Under the pieces are notes generated by a model. That model had not been told where the DNA came from, ran no database searches, and saw only the letters and a list, made by a program, of their open reading frames with translations. This document shows, piece by piece, positions 36,848 through 48,278 of a DNA stretch of 50,294 nucleotides. The position numbers and the translations under genes were made by a program. Source of the DNA: Burkholderiales bacterium (GTDB taxonomy: Bacteria; Pseudomonadota; Gammaproteobacteria; Burkholderiales; SG8-39); the NCBI GenBank assembly GCA_025458245.1, contig JALOSW010000004.1, positions 1-50,294 on the forward strand, in the 5' to 3' direction. Every line of letters starts with the position of its first letter. Within the stretch, counting starts at the first letter, position 1.

Positions 36848-38041
36848 GTGAATCCCAATCTCGCCAAGCTGCAGCCCTATCCGTTCGAACGGCTCCGCGG
36901 CCTTCTCGCGGACGTCGTCCCGCCGGCGGGCCTCGCGCACGTCAATCTCTCGATCGGCGAGCCCAAGCACCCGACGCCCGAGTTCATCAAGCGGGCGCTC
37001 GTCGAGAACCTCGGCGGCCTCGCGAGCTATCCGCTCACGGCCGGCAGCGCATCGCTGCGTGCCGCCATCGCGCGATGGCTCGAGAAGCGCTACGCACTCC
37101 CGGGCGTCGATCCCGAAACGCAGGTCCTGCCGGTGAACGGGTCGCGCGAGGCGCTCTTCGCGTTTGCGCAGACCGTGATCGACTCCTCACGCACCGACGC
37201 GGTGGTGCTGTCGCCGAACCCCTTCTACCAGATCTACGAGGGCTCGGCCCTCCTGGCCGGCGCGACGCCGCACTACGTGAACATGCGTGCCGAGGACGGA
37301 TTCGTCGCCGACTACGGGGCGGTGCCCGCGGGCGTCCTCGCGCGGACGCAGCTCGTCTACGCGTGCTCGCCGAACAATCCGACCGGCCGAGTCATGGGCC
37401 TGGACGAGTGGCACCGACTGTTCGCGCTCGCGGACGCGCACGGCTTCGCCATTGCGGCGGACGAATGCTATTCGGAGCTCTACTTCGACGAGGCGAAACC
37501 GCCGCTCGGCGCGCTCGAGGCGGCGCACCGACTGGGACGCGAGGGGTTTCCGCGCCTGGTCGTGTTCTCGAGTCTCTCCAAGCGCTCGAACGTCCCGGGC
37601 ATGCGCTCCGGATTCGTCGCGGGCGATGCGCGCATTCTGGAGCGCTTCCGGCTCTACCGCACCTATCACGGCAGCGCGATGAGCCCGTCCGTACAGGCCG
37701 CGAGCGAGGTCGCCTGGCGCGATGAATCCCACGTTCGCGAGAACCGCGCGCTGTATCAACGCAAGTTCGCGACCGCGCTGCCGATGCTCGGCGCGCCGCT
37801 CGCGACATACATGCCGGAGGGCGGGTTCTATTTCTGGGTGCGCACGCCCATCCCCGATACCGACTTCGCCCGGGAGCTGTACCGTCAATATAATGTGACG
37901 GTGCTTCCGGGAAGCTATCTCGCGCGCGAGGCGCATGGCGCGAATCCGGGCGCGAATCACGTCCGCGTCGCGCTCGTGGCCTCGTTCGACGAAAGCATCG
38001 AAGGCGTCCGCCGCATCGACGAGTTCGCGCGCAAGCTCTAG
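36848..38041 (+). CDS. dapC: succinyldiaminopimelate transaminase
   Basis: LQPYPFERL, LSIGEPKH, GSREALF, CSPNNPTG, DECYSE and SLSKRSNVPGMRSG (PLP lysine); upstream of dapD. Confidence 0.93.
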   Translation: MNPNLAKLQPYPFERLRGLLADVVPPAGLAHVNLSIGEPKHPTPEFIKRALVENLGGLASYPLTAGSASLRAAIARWLEKRYALPGVDPETQVLPVNGSREALFAFAQTVIDSSRTDAVVLSPNPFYQIYEGSALLAGATPHYVNMRAEDGFVADYGAVPAGVLARTQLVYACSPNNPTGRVMGLDEWHRLFALADAHGFAIAADECYSELYFDEAKPPLGALEAAHRLGREGFPRLVVFSSLSKRSNVPGMRSGFVAGDARILERFRLYRTYHGSAMSPSVQAASEVAWRDESHVRENRALYQRKFATALPMLGAPLATYMPEGGFYFWVRTPIPDTDFARELYRQYNVTVLPGSYLAREAHGANPGANHVRVALVASFDESIEGVRRIDEFARKL

Positions 38042-38137
38042 CGATGCGCCCGGCCGCCGCGCGCGGACCGGGCTCCGGCGCGCCCGGCGTGCGACACGCC
38101 CACCCGCCCCCGCCATCACTCAACGAGACGAGAAACC

Positions 38138-38959
38138 ATGCAGCAGCTCGAAAAGACCATCGACCACGCGTGGGAGAACCGCGCGCAGCTCTCCCCCCAG
38201 AATCCCGACCCGCAGGTCAAGGCGGCAGTCGACGAGGTGCTCGGCCGGCTCGATCGCGGCGAGTTGCGCGTCGCGCAGAAGCTCGACGGCGCGTGGACGA
38301 CCCATCAGTGGATCAAGAAAGCGGTGCTGCTGTCGTTTCGCCTCAGCGACAACGTCGTGATGCCGGGCGCGTCGACGCAATACTTCGACAAGGTCCCGAC
38401 GAAGTTCGCCTCTTACACGCCGGTCGACTTCGCCGCCGGCGGATTCCGGGTGGTGCCGCCGGCCGTCGCGCGCCGCGGCGCGTTCGTCGCGAAGAACGTC
38501 GTGCTCATGCCCTCATACGTGAACATCGGCGCCTACGTGGACGAGGGAACCATGGTGGATACCTGGGCGACCGTGGGATCGTGCGCCCAGATCGGCAAGA
38601 ACGTGCACCTCTCGGGTGGCGTCGGCATCGGCGGGGTGCTCGAGCCCCTCCAGGCCAACCCGACCATCATCGAGGACAACTGCTTCATCGGCGCGCGCTC
38701 GGAGGTCGTCGAGGGGGTGATCGTCGAGGAGAACTCCGTGATCTCCATGGGGGTCTTCATCGGCCAGAGCACCCGGATCTACAACCGCCTCACGGGCGAA
38801 ACACTCTACGGGAGGGTCCCGGCCGGATCGGTAGTAGTTCCTGGCACCCTCCCCTCCGGAGACGGAAAATACGCGCTCTATGCCGCGGTGATCGTGAAGC
38901 AGGTGGACGCGAAGACGCGGGCCAAGACCAGCATCAACGAGTTGCTGCGGGGGGATTGA
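38138..38959 (+). CDS. dapD: tetrahydrodipicolinate N-succinyltransferase
   Basis: [36 protein letters not shown] and KTSINELLR motifs. Confidence 0.97.
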   Translation: MQQLEKTIDHAWENRAQLSPQNPDPQVKAAVDEVLGRLDRGELRVAQKLDGAWTTHQWIKKAVLLSFRLSDNVVMPGASTQYFDKVPTKFASYTPVDFAAGGFRVVPPAVARRGAFVAKNVVLMPSYVNIGAYVDEGTMVDTWATVGSCAQIGKNVHLSGGVGIGGVLEPLQANPTIIEDNCFIGARSEVVEGVIVEENSVISMGVFIGQSTRIYNRLTGETLYGRVPAGSVVVPGTLPSGDGKYALYAAVIVKQVDAKTRAKTSINELLRGD

Positions 38960-38985
38960 CCGCCCCGCCCGCGAGGGGGAGACCG

Positions 38986-40161
38986 ATGTCCGCGATGCGA
39001 CGCCTGTTCGAGATCATGGCCGAGAAGAAGGCCTCGGACATTTTCATCTCGGCAGGCGCGCCGATCAGCATCAAGATCAATGGGGTCACGATGCCGATCA
39101 ACCAGCAGAACGTCACGCCCGACTCGGTGCGCGGCCTGCTGGCGGAAGTCCTGAGCTCGCGGCAGCTCGCCGAGTTCGACGAGACCTTCGAGCTCAACAC
39201 CTCCTACCCGATCAGCGGCCTCGGCAGCTACCGGATCAGCGCCTTCATGCAGCGCACGACGCCGGCCGTGGTGGTGCGCTACATCCCCGGCGAGATCCCG
39301 GCCTTCGATTCGCTCGGACTGCCGCAGGTCCTGAAGGAGATCGCGATCGAGAAGCGCGGCCTCGTGCTGATGGTCGGCGCGACCGGCTCGGGCAAGTCCA
39401 CCTCGCTCGCGGCGATGATCGACCATCGCAACGCGGCGATGTCGGGACACATCATCACGATCGAGGATCCGATCGAGTTTCTGTTCAAGCACAAGCGCTC
39501 GATCGTCAATCAGCGCGAACTCGGCACCGATGCGAAGTCCTACCACGTCGCGCTCAAGAACGCCCTGCGCCAGGCGCCGGACGTGATCCTGATCGGCGAG
39601 ATCCGCGACCGCGAGACGATGGCGATGGCGATCGCCTACGCGCAATCGGGCCATTTGTGCCTGGCGACGCTGCACGCGAACAACAGCTACCACGCGCTCA
39701 ATCGAATCATCAGTTTCTATCCGCTGGAGAATCGCCCCGCGCTGCTGCAGGATCTTTCCGCGACGCTGAAGTGCGTGGTGTCGCAGCGGCTGATCCGCAA
39801 TACCAAGGGCAATCGCTCGCCGGCGGTCGAGGTGATGCTGAACACGCGCCATGTGTCCGAGCTGATCGAGAAAGGCGAGATCAACGAGCTCAAGGAAGCC
39901 ATGGACAAGAGCCTGTCGCCCGGGTCGCAGACCTTCGAGCAGGCGCTGTTCAAGATGATCAAGGACGGCGTGATCACGCAGGACGATGCGCTCGCGAACA
40001 GCGACTCTCCCACCAACCTGCTGTGGCTCATCAACAACGCAGCGGCCCCGAGCCAGCCGGTCGCAGCGCCCAAGGCGCCGGAAAAGCCAGCTGACCGCGG
40101 CCCGGCTGCGGCCTCCTTCAGCGAATTCAAGCTCACCCTCGACGACGAGAAAGCCGCCTGA
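38986..40161 (+). CDS. PilT/PilU family type IV pilus retraction ATPase (PilU-like)
   Basis: ASDIFIS, GATGSGKST Walker A, TIEDPIE, LRQAPDVILIGEIRD and GHLCLATLHANN; ATG at 38986. Confidence 0.92.
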   Translation: MSAMRRLFEIMAEKKASDIFISAGAPISIKINGVTMPINQQNVTPDSVRGLLAEVLSSRQLAEFDETFELNTSYPISGLGSYRISAFMQRTTPAVVVRYIPGEIPAFDSLGLPQVLKEIAIEKRGLVLMVGATGSGKSTSLAAMIDHRNAAMSGHIITIEDPIEFLFKHKRSIVNQRELGTDAKSYHVALKNALRQAPDVILIGEIRDRETMAMAIAYAQSGHLCLATLHANNSYHALNRIISFYPLENRPALLQDLSATLKCVVSQRLIRNTKGNRSPAVEVMLNTRHVSELIEKGEINELKEAMDKSLSPGSQTFEQALFKMIKDGVITQDDALANSDSPTNLLWLINNAAAPSQPVAAPKAPEKPADRGPAAASFSEFKLTLDDEKAA

Positions 40162-40177
40162 CGGCGGGCACTCGCCC

Positions 40178-41621
<1,444 letters not shown>

Positions 41622-41624
41622 GAC

Positions 41625-42548
41625 ATGGCGGCCAGACGCCCCGCTCGCGGTCCGTTCGCCGAAGCGCGTGCGGAACTCCACACGCTGCGCGACTGGCTGC
41701 GTTTCGCGGTCAGCCGTTTCGACGAGGCCGGTCTGCATTTCGGGCACGGCACGCACGAGGCCTACGACGAAGCGGCCTACCTGCTGCTTCACGCCCTGCA
41801 TTTGCCGCTCGATCGTCTCGAGCCGTTCCTCGACGCGCGCGTCACGAAGGCAGAGGGGGCGAAGCTCGCCGCCCTGCTCGACCGTCGCGTCCGCGAGCGC
41901 GTTCCCGCGGCCTATCTGACCAACGAGGCGTGGCTCGGAGATCTGCGGTTCTTTGTCGACGAGCGCGTGATCGTGCCGCGCTCCTTCATCGCGGAGTTGC
42001 TGCGCGAACATCTTTCGCCATGGATCGCCGATCCCGTCGCGGTGGGCCGCGTGCTCGATCTGTGCACCGGGTCGGGCTGCCTCGCGATCGCCGCCGCGCT
42101 TGCCTTCCCCGGCGCCGAGATCGACGCGGTCGACATAGCGACCGACGCGCTCGCCGTCGCTCGCAGGAATGTCGATGAGTACGGCCTCGCCGATCGCGTG
42201 CGCGTGCTCCGCTCGGACCTGTTCGCGAAGATCGGCGGGCGCGCCTACGACCTCATCGTGTCGAATCCGCCCTACGTGGATGCGCCCTCGATGCGCGCGC
42301 TGCCGGAGGAATACCGGCACGAGCCGCGCCTGGCGCTCGCGGGCGGCGCAGACGGGCTGGATGTCGTTCGCAGGCTGATCGACACGGCGCCCGCGCACCT
42401 CAGCGGCGATGGCATTCTCGTGGTCGAGATCGGGCATAACCGTGCGGCGCTGGAGGCCGCCTACCCGCGCCTGCCGTTCACGTGGCTCGACACCAGCGCC
42501 GGCGACGAGCACGTCTTCCTGCTGCGCCACGCAGACTTCGGCGGCTGA
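41625..42548 (+). CDS. prmB: 50S ribosomal protein L3 N5-glutamine methyltransferase
   Basis: FGHGT..AYDEA, VPAAYL, VDERVIVPRSFIAE, DLCTGSG and NPPY motifs. Confidence 0.95.
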   Translation: MAARRPARGPFAEARAELHTLRDWLRFAVSRFDEAGLHFGHGTHEAYDEAAYLLLHALHLPLDRLEPFLDARVTKAEGAKLAALLDRRVRERVPAAYLTNEAWLGDLRFFVDERVIVPRSFIAELLREHLSPWIADPVAVGRVLDLCTGSGCLAIAAALAFPGAEIDAVDIATDALAVARRNVDEYGLADRVRVLRSDLFAKIGGRAYDLIVSNPPYVDAPSMRALPEEYRHEPRLALAGGADGLDVVRRLIDTAPAHLSGDGILVVEIGHNRAALEAAYPRLPFTWLDTSAGDEHVFLLRHADFGG

Positions 42549-42610
42549 CACCGACCCGCGCGGGAGTACGACTCGCAAGGTCCGCGGCGCCCTCCCCGTA
42601 CAATCGGGGC

Positions 42611-43621
42611 ATGACGACCGACGCAGCAGTCCCCTACGCAGGACTCACCCCGGATCGCGTCGTGGACGCGGTGGAGAGTCTGGGCATCCGCGCCGACGGA
42701 CGCCTGCTCGCGCTGAACAGCTACGAGAATCGCGTCTACCAGGTATGGCTCGAAGAGCCGTTTCCCGAAGCCGGCCCGACGAGCGCCGTCGTGGTGAAGT
42801 TCTACCGACCCGCACGGTGGTCGGACGCGCAGATCCTCGAAGAGCACACCTTCGTCGCGGAACTCGCGGAGCGGGAGATCCCGGTGGTCGCGCCGCTCGC
42901 GATCGGCGAGCGGACGCTGCACGCCTTCGGCGGTTTCCGCTTCGCGGTGTACCCGAAGCGCGGCGGCCGCGCGCCCGAGCTGGAAGACCCGGCCACGCTC
43001 GAGTGGATGGGGCGCTTCATCGGGCGCATTCACGCAGTGGGCGCGATCCGGCCGTTCGCGCACCGCCCCGCGCTCGACATCGCGGCGTTCGGCGAGGAGC
43101 CGCGCGGGTACCTTCTGGAGCACGGCGCCCTGCCGCCCGACCTTCGTCCGGCGTGGACGAGCGTCGTCGATCAGGCGCTCGACGGCGTGCGCCGCGCCTT
43201 CGCGCGCGCCGACGAGGTACGCCGGCTGCGGCTGCACGGCGACTGCCACGCCGGGAACGTCCTTTGGACAGACGACGGCCCGCACTTCGTCGATTTCGAC
43301 GACAGCCGCATGGGACCGGCGATCCAGGATCTGTGGATGCTCCTATCAGGCGATCGCGCGACGATGACCCGCCAGCTCGCCGACGTGCTCGCCGGGTACG
43401 AGGACTTCAACGAGTTCGATCCGCGCGAGCTGCACCTCGTGGAGGCTTTGCGCACGCTCCGCCTGATTCACTACTCGGCGTGGCTCGCGCGCCGATGGCA
43501 CGATCCGGCGTTCCCCGCGGCATTCCCGTGGTTCAACACGCAGCGCTACTGGCAGGACCGCATACTCGAGCTGCGCGAACAGATCCCGCTCATGGACGAG
43601 CCGCCGCTCTTTCCTGGCTGA
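42611..43621 (+). CDS. srkA: stress response Ser/Thr kinase SrkA (RdoA/YihE)
   Basis: LNSYENRVYQ, KFYRP.RWS..QILEEH, RLHGDCH.GN, DFDD and WLARRW.DPAFP motifs; ATG at 42611. Confidence 0.93.
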   Translation: MTTDAAVPYAGLTPDRVVDAVESLGIRADGRLLALNSYENRVYQVWLEEPFPEAGPTSAVVVKFYRPARWSDAQILEEHTFVAELAEREIPVVAPLAIGERTLHAFGGFRFAVYPKRGGRAPELEDPATLEWMGRFIGRIHAVGAIRPFAHRPALDIAAFGEEPRGYLLEHGALPPDLRPAWTSVVDQALDGVRRAFARADEVRRLRLHGDCHAGNVLWTDDGPHFVDFDDSRMGPAIQDLWMLLSGDRATMTRQLADVLAGYEDFNEFDPRELHLVEALRTLRLIHYSAWLARRWHDPAFPAAFPWFNTQRYWQDRILELREQIPLMDEPPLFPG

Positions 43622-43670
43622 AGAGCGCACGCTTCGTCCCGTCCGCAGGACGCCCGCTCGCGCGTCGCGG

Positions 43671-44564
43671 CTATGCGAGCGCCGCAGCCTTCGCGATGCG
43701 CCTAAGCCCGCGGAGGGCAGCGGCGGCATCGCCTGCCCAGGCCGCCACGCCGAGACGGGCGAACGCGCGCCGATAGAGTTCCACGAGCGCCGGCTCGCCG
43801 ATCAGGAGCGGCGACGCAGTGCGATCCGACCCGATGCGCTGCAATCCGTCGGCAAGCTCGTCGCCGATGAGCAACCCGGAAAGATACGAGTGCAGGCCCG
43901 CGGCGGCGATTTCACCGAAAAGACCCAGCGTGCGAACGCCGAAAAGGTTCGCGGCCACGCTGCCCTGTGCCGCGCCGGCGTCGACGCCGCGAACGAAAGC
44001 GGCCTCGTCGAACGTGTCGCCCTCCATCAGCCGACCGAGGATGCTGTGCTCGCGCAACACCGCGAAGAGTTCCCCGGTCATGAACGTCGCGAACCATTCG
44101 ATCCGCCCGTCCCGTGCTCGGACCCACTTGCAATGCGTGCCGGGAAGCACGAGGAGCCCGTCGCCGCCCGCGGGAAGAACGCCGAGCACCTGCGTCTCCT
44201 CGCCACGCATCACGTCCGGAACGGCGGCTCGCAGCGCCACGCCCGGCACGATCGCGATGCGCGTCCCCGAGGTGGTCTCGAACCGCAGCAACCGGGCAGC
44301 GAGATCCTCGCTTGCGGCCGGGCAATCGACATAGGCGGCCTCGTGCCAGCCCTGACGGCTCCCGATCATTCCCGATGCGATCGCGCCGACGCCGGGATGC
44401 GCGGCGAGCCACGCGCCGCAAACCTCGTGGAACGCCGCTTCGAAGCGCGCATCGGCGACGCGCATGATGCCGAGCGGCGCGGTGCGCGAATCGACGACTG
44501 CGCCGGCCTCGTCGAGAAGCCACGCGCGCAGCGACGTCGTGCCCCAGTCGAGCGCGATCAGCAC
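43671..44564 (-). CDS. dgoK: 2-dehydro-3-deoxygalactonokinase
   Basis: DWGTTSLRA, GMIGSRQGW, DVMRGEETQ, LPGTHCKW, TFMTGELF and YLSGLLIG motifs. Confidence 0.92.
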   Translation of the reverse strand: MLIALDWGTTSLRAWLLDEAGAVVDSRTAPLGIMRVADARFEAAFHEVCGAWLAAHPGVGAIASGMIGSRQGWHEAAYVDCPAASEDLAARLLRFETTSGTRIAIVPGVALRAAVPDVMRGEETQVLGVLPAGGDGLLVLPGTHCKWVRARDGRIEWFATFMTGELFAVLREHSILGRLMEGDTFDEAAFVRGVDAGAAQGSVAANLFGVRTLGLFGEIAAAGLHSYLSGLLIGDELADGLQRIGSDRTASPLLIGEPALVELYRRAFARLGVAAWAGDAAAALRGLRRIAKAAALA

Positions 44565-44692
44565 AGGGTCAGCTCCGGAGGTGCCGCCTCTGCGTGCCGC
44601 AGGAATGTCGCGGCAGGCCGCGACCCGCGGGCGCCGAGGCGAGAGGGCTCAGGCGGCACGGCGCGAGGACTCGAGGCGCCGCGAAGGAAAGG

Positions 44693-44769
44693 TGGGGTGG
44701 CTGATGGGGCTCGAACCCACGACAACCGGAATCACAATCCGGGACTCTACCAACTGAGCTACAGCCACC
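44693..44769 (-). tRNA. tRNA-His(GTG)
   Basis: GGTGGCTGTAGCTCAGTTGGTAGAG...CCGGA-TT-GTG-AT-TCCGG...GGTTCGAG...CAGCCACCCCA; cloverleaf with encoded G-1 and CCA. Confidence 0.97.
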
Positions 44770-44786
44770 GTCGGAAAACGGCATGC

Positions 44787-44863
44787 TGGCGCGCCCGACA
44801 GGACTCGAACCTGTAACCGCCGGCTTAGAAGGCCGATGCTCTATCCGGTTGAGCTACGGGCGC
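44787..44863 (-). tRNA. tRNA-Arg(TCT)
   Basis: GCGCCCGTAGCTCAACCGGATAGAGC...CGGC-CT-TCT-AA-GCCG...GGTTCGAG...CGGGCGCGCCA. Confidence 0.97.
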
Positions 44864-44894
44864 TCCGTCGGACTGGTCGGGCACACCAAAAACC

Positions 44895-44971
44895 TGGTCG
44901 GGGTGGAGAGATTCGAACTCCCGACATCTTGCTCCCAAAGCAAGCGCGCTACCAGGCTGCGCCACACCCCG
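44895..44971 (-). tRNA. tRNA-Pro(TGG)
   Basis: CGGGGTGTGGCGCAGCCTGGTAGCGC...CTTGC-TT-TGG-GA-GCAAG...GTTCGAATC...CACCCCGACCA. Confidence 0.97.
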
Positions 44972-44982
44972 GAAGGAGCCGC

Positions 44983-45011
44983 AGTGTACTCGCTCGCCGG
45001 AAGCGGGTCAA
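44983..45011 (-). promoter_or_regulatory. sigma70 promoter of the Pro-Arg-His tRNA operon
   Basis: TTGACC (45011-45006), 17-nt spacer, TACACT (44988-44983), then a GC-rich discriminator GCGGC just before tRNA-Pro. Confidence 0.75.
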
Positions 45012-45038
45012 CGCTATGCGCGGAAAAGGAAAATTGCC

Positions 45039-45067
45039 TTGCTGCTCCCCCCTCTTTCTGGCATAAC
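45039..45067 (+). promoter_or_regulatory. promoter candidate for dksA
   Basis: TTGCTG, 17-nt spacer, CATAAC with an extended -10 TG; weak match. Confidence 0.35.
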
Positions 45068-45101
45068 AGCGCCTTCGTTTCGAGGCGAGACCGAGCATCC
45101 G

Positions 45102-45527
45102 ATGGCTGTTGAAACCCTGCTGAAAACCATGCCGCGCTACCAGCCCAGAAAGGGCGAGGAGTACATGAGCCCGCGGCAGAAGACGCACTTCCGGACGATC
45201 CTCGAAAAGCTGAAGCAGGAGCTCTCCCAGGACATCGACCGCACGGTGCACACGATGCAGGACGAGGCGACCATCTTCGCCGACCCGAACGACCGCGCCA
45301 CGCAGGAGTCCGACATCGCGCTCGAGCTCCGCAACCGCGACCGCGAGCGGAAGCTCATCAAGAAGATCGACGAGACCATCGGCAAGATCGACGCCGACGA
45401 ATACGGCTACTGCGAGAGCTGCGGGATCGAGATCGGGCTCGAGCGCCTCGAAGCCCGGCCGACCGCGTCGCTTTGCATCGACTGCAAGACGCTCGAAGAG
45501 CTGCGCGAGAAGCAGGTCGCGAAATAG
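45102..45527 (+). CDS. dksA: RNA polymerase-binding protein DksA
   Basis: EEYM, DPNDRATQE coiled-coil tip, LRNRDRERKLI and four-Cys zinc finger (CESC...CIDC). Confidence 0.96.
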   Translation: MAVETLLKTMPRYQPRKGEEYMSPRQKTHFRTILEKLKQELSQDIDRTVHTMQDEATIFADPNDRATQESDIALELRNRDRERKLIKKIDETIGKIDADEYGYCESCGIEIGLERLEARPTASLCIDCKTLEELREKQVAK

Positions 45528-45559
45528 GCGGTGCGCCCGCGCCCGGTGCGGCGCTCCCG

Positions 45560-45595
45560 AAAGAAACGGCGCCTGGAGGCGCCGTTCGTCGTTTC
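45560..45595. terminator. possible bidirectional terminator between dksA and pnp
   Basis: AACGGCGCC-TGGA-GGCGCCGTT stem with T-rich tails on both strands. Confidence 0.65.
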
Positions 45596-45620
45596 TGGGC
45601 CCGGACCCGCGACCGCGATG

Positions 45621-45648
45621 AAAAAGGGCGCCGGAGCGCCCTTGTCTT
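45621..45648 (-). terminator. intrinsic terminator of pnp
   Basis: Minus strand AAGGGCGC-TCCG-GCGCCCTTTTT shortly after the pnp stop. Confidence 0.75.
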
Positions 45649-45669
45649 CCGCGTCCGCGGCGCCCCCGA

Positions 45670-47778
45670 TCAGGTCGTCGGCGCGGCGGCTTCCGCTTCG
45701 GAAACGGCCTTCATCGAAAGGCGGAGACGCCCCTTCTCGTCGGCCTCCAGCACTTTCACTTTCACCTGCTGGCCTTCCTTGAGGAAGTCGGACACGCTGT
45801 TCACGCGCGTGTTCGAGATCTGCGAGATGTGGAGGAGCCCATCCCGTCCGGGCAGCACGCTCACGATGGCACCGAAGTCGAGCAGCTTGAGCACCGTGCC
45901 CTCGTAGACCTTGCCCACCTCGACGTCTGCGGTGATCTCCTGAATGCGCTTCCTGGCGGCCTCGCCGCCTTCGGCCGAAAGGCTCGCGATCGAGATCGTG
46001 CCGTCGTCCGAGATCTCGATGGTGGCGCCGGTCTCCTCCTGGATGCCGCGCACGACCACGCCGCCCTTGCCGATGACGTCGCGGATCTTCTCCGGGTTGA
46101 TCTTGATCTTGATGATGCGCGGCGCGAACGTCGAGATCTCCTGGCGCGGCGCCGTCAGGGCCTGCTGCATCCGGTCGAGGATGTGCATGCGGCCCTCGCG
46201 CGCCTGCGCGAGCGCGACCGCCATGATCTCCTTGGTGATGCCCTCGATCTTGATGTCCATCTGCAGGGCTGTGACGCCGCCCGCGGTGCCGGCGACCTTG
46301 AAGTCCATGTCGCCGAGGTGGTCCTCGTCGCCGAGGATGTCGGACAGCACCGCGAAACGGTTGCCCTCCTTGATGAGGCCCATCGCGATGCCGGCGACCT
46401 GCGCCTTCGTCGGCACCCCGGCGTCCATCAACGCGAGGCTGCCGCCGCAGACGCTCGCCATCGACGAGGATCCGTTCGATTCGGTGATCTCCGATACGAC
46501 GCGGATCGAATAGCCGAATTCCTCGGCGCTCGGCAGAACCGCCGACAGCGCGCGCTTGGCGAGGCGCCCGTGGCCGATTTCGCGGCGCTTCGGCGCACCC
46601 ATGCGGCCGGTCTCGCCGGTCGCGTAGGGAGGCATGTTGTAGTGGAGCATGAAGCGCTCACGGTACTCGCCCGTGATCGCGTCGATGATCTGCTCGTCGC
46701 GGCCGGTGCCGAGCGTGGCGATCACGAGCGCCTGCGTCTCACCGCGGGTGAAGAGCGCCGACCCGTGGGTGCGTGGCAGCACGCCGACCTTGACGCTGAT
46801 CGGACGCACGGTGCGCGTGTCGCGGCCGTCGATGCGCGGCTCGCCGTCGAGGATCTGGCTGCGGACGATCTTCGCCTCGAGCCCGAAGAGGATGTCGCCC
46901 ACCAGGTTGGCGTCCGGGGCGTCGTCGCCGACGAGGGTCGCCGCTTCGACCTTCTTGCGGATTTCGTCGAGGCGCACCTGGCGCGCCTGCTTCTGCTTGA
47001 TGCGATAGGCGTCGCGGAGGTCGGCTTCGGCGAGATCCACGATCCGGCCAACGAGCGACTGGTCCTGAGCCGGCGGCTGCCAGTCCCAGGCGGACTTGCC
47101 CGCCTCGTCAGCGAGTTCGTTGATGGCGCGGATCGCGGCCTGCATCTGTTCGTGGCCGTACACCACGGCGCCGAGCATGACGTCCTCGGAGAGCTCCGCG
47201 GCCTCGGACTCGACCATCAGCACCGCGTGCTCGGTGCCCGCGACGACGAGGTTCAGCTGCGAGGATTTGAGCTGCGACGCGGTCGGGTTGAGCACGTACT
47301 GTCCGTCTAGGTAGGCCACGCGCGCGGCGCCGATCGGGCCGTTGAACGGCACGCCGGAGATCACGAGCGCCGCGGAAACACCGAGCATCGCCGGGATGTC
47401 GCCGTCCACCTCGGGGTTCACCGAGAGCACCGTCGCGACGACCTGCACCTCGTTGTAGAAGCCCTCGGGAAACAGCGGCCGGATCGGCCGGTCGATCAGC
47501 CGCGAGGTGAGCGTGTCCTTCTCGGTCGGACGTCCCTCGCGCTTGAAGAACCCGCCGGGAATGCGGCCCGCGGCGTAGAACTTCTCGACGTAGTCGACGG
47601 TGAGCGGGAAGAACGACTGGCCGGGCTTCGGCTTCTTGGCGGCGACCACCGTGCACAGCACGACGGTGTCGTCCATGTTGACGAGCACGGAGCCGCCAGC
47701 CTGGCGGGCGATCTCGCCGGTCTCGAGCGTTACGGTGTGGGCGCCGTACTGAAAGGACTTGCGGGTCGGGTTAAGCAT
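45670..47778 (-). CDS. pnp: polyribonucleotide nucleotidyltransferase (PNPase)
   Basis: [48 protein letters not shown] and KH/S1 domains; GAGGAG precedes ATG 47778. Confidence 0.98.
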   Translation of the reverse strand: MLNPTRKSFQYGAHTVTLETGEIARQAGGSVLVNMDDTVVLCTVVAAKKPKPGQSFFPLTVDYVEKFYAAGRIPGGFFKREGRPTEKDTLTSRLIDRPIRPLFPEGFYNEVQVVATVLSVNPEVDGDIPAMLGVSAALVISGVPFNGPIGAARVAYLDGQYVLNPTASQLKSSQLNLVVAGTEHAVLMVESEAAELSEDVMLGAVVYGHEQMQAAIRAINELADEAGKSAWDWQPPAQDQSLVGRIVDLAEADLRDAYRIKQKQARQVRLDEIRKKVEAATLVGDDAPDANLVGDILFGLEAKIVRSQILDGEPRIDGRDTRTVRPISVKVGVLPRTHGSALFTRGETQALVIATLGTGRDEQIIDAITGEYRERFMLHYNMPPYATGETGRMGAPKRREIGHGRLAKRALSAVLPSAEEFGYSIRVVSEITESNGSSSMASVCGGSLALMDAGVPTKAQVAGIAMGLIKEGNRFAVLSDILGDEDHLGDMDFKVAGTAGGVTALQMDIKIEGITKEIMAVALAQAREGRMHILDRMQQALTAPRQEISTFAPRIIKIKINPEKIRDVIGKGGVVVRGIQEETGATIEISDDGTISIASLSAEGGEAARKRIQEITADVEVGKVYEGTVLKLLDFGAIVSVLPGRDGLLHISQISNTRVNSVSDFLKEGQQVKVKVLEADEKGRLRLSMKAVSEAEAAAPTT

Positions 47779-47867
47779 GAGCACTCCTCAGACGCAGCAC
47801 TCGGGCGCACGCAGCCGCTCCCCTGCGGATGCCGGGAGCGCGGAGCGCATGCGAGTCTCGTGGGTTC

Positions 47868-47908
47868 GGAAAGAGAGACGCCCACCGCATGTTCGGGGTG
47901 GGCGTCTC
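47868..47908 (-). terminator. terminator-like hairpin after rpsO
   Basis: 12-bp stem GAGACGCCCACC/GGTGGGCGTCTC followed by TCTTTCC on minus, immediately after the rpsO stop. Confidence 0.7.
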
Positions 47909-47913
47909 CGGGA

Positions 47914-48183
47914 TTACTTGCGCAGGCCGAGCTGTTCGATCAGCTTGCGGTAGCCGTCGGCGTCGGTGCGCTTCAGGTAGTCGAGCAGCTTGCGGCGCTG
48001 GCTCACCATGCGCAGCAGACCGCGGCGCGAGTGGTGATCCTTGACGTTCGCCTTGAAATGATCGGTCAGGCCGTTGATGCGCGCAGTGAGAAGCGCGACT
48101 TGCACCTCGGGCGAGCCGGTGTCGCCCGGCTTGCGCTGATAGGTCTGGAGGATCTGCGCCTTCTGCGCAACGGTCACGGACAT
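47914..48183 (-). CDS. rpsO: 30S ribosomal protein S15
   Basis: [13 protein letters not shown] and [23 protein letters not shown]; 89 aa from ATG 48183. Confidence 0.98.
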   Translation of the reverse strand: MSVTVAQKAQILQTYQRKPGDTGSPEVQVALLTARINGLTDHFKANVKDHHSRRGLLRMVSQRRKLLDYLKRTDADGYRKLIEQLGLRK

Positions 48184-48223
48184 GCGTGGTCTCTCTCTGG
48201 TCGGTCTCGTAGGTAAGCCGGGG

Positions 48224-48253
48224 ATTTTACACGAAGTTCTCGGGCCCGGACAA
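48224..48253 (-). promoter_or_regulatory. sigma70 promoter candidate for rpsO-pnp
   Basis: TTGTCC (48253-48248), 18-nt spacer, TAAAAT (48229-48224). Confidence 0.55.
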
Positions 48254-48278
48254 GCCTCGGCGCGGTTTTCCGCCTGCC

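Noticed and set aside
38986-40161. PilU-like ATPase inside the dap cluster as a novel association
   Set aside because: As I recall, dapD-pilU-arsC-dapE-prmB is a recurring betaproteobacterial arrangement, and nothing here suggests recent insertion.
44565-44971. Prophage or integrative element at the tRNA cluster
   Set aside because: No integrase, att duplication or compositional shift is visible.
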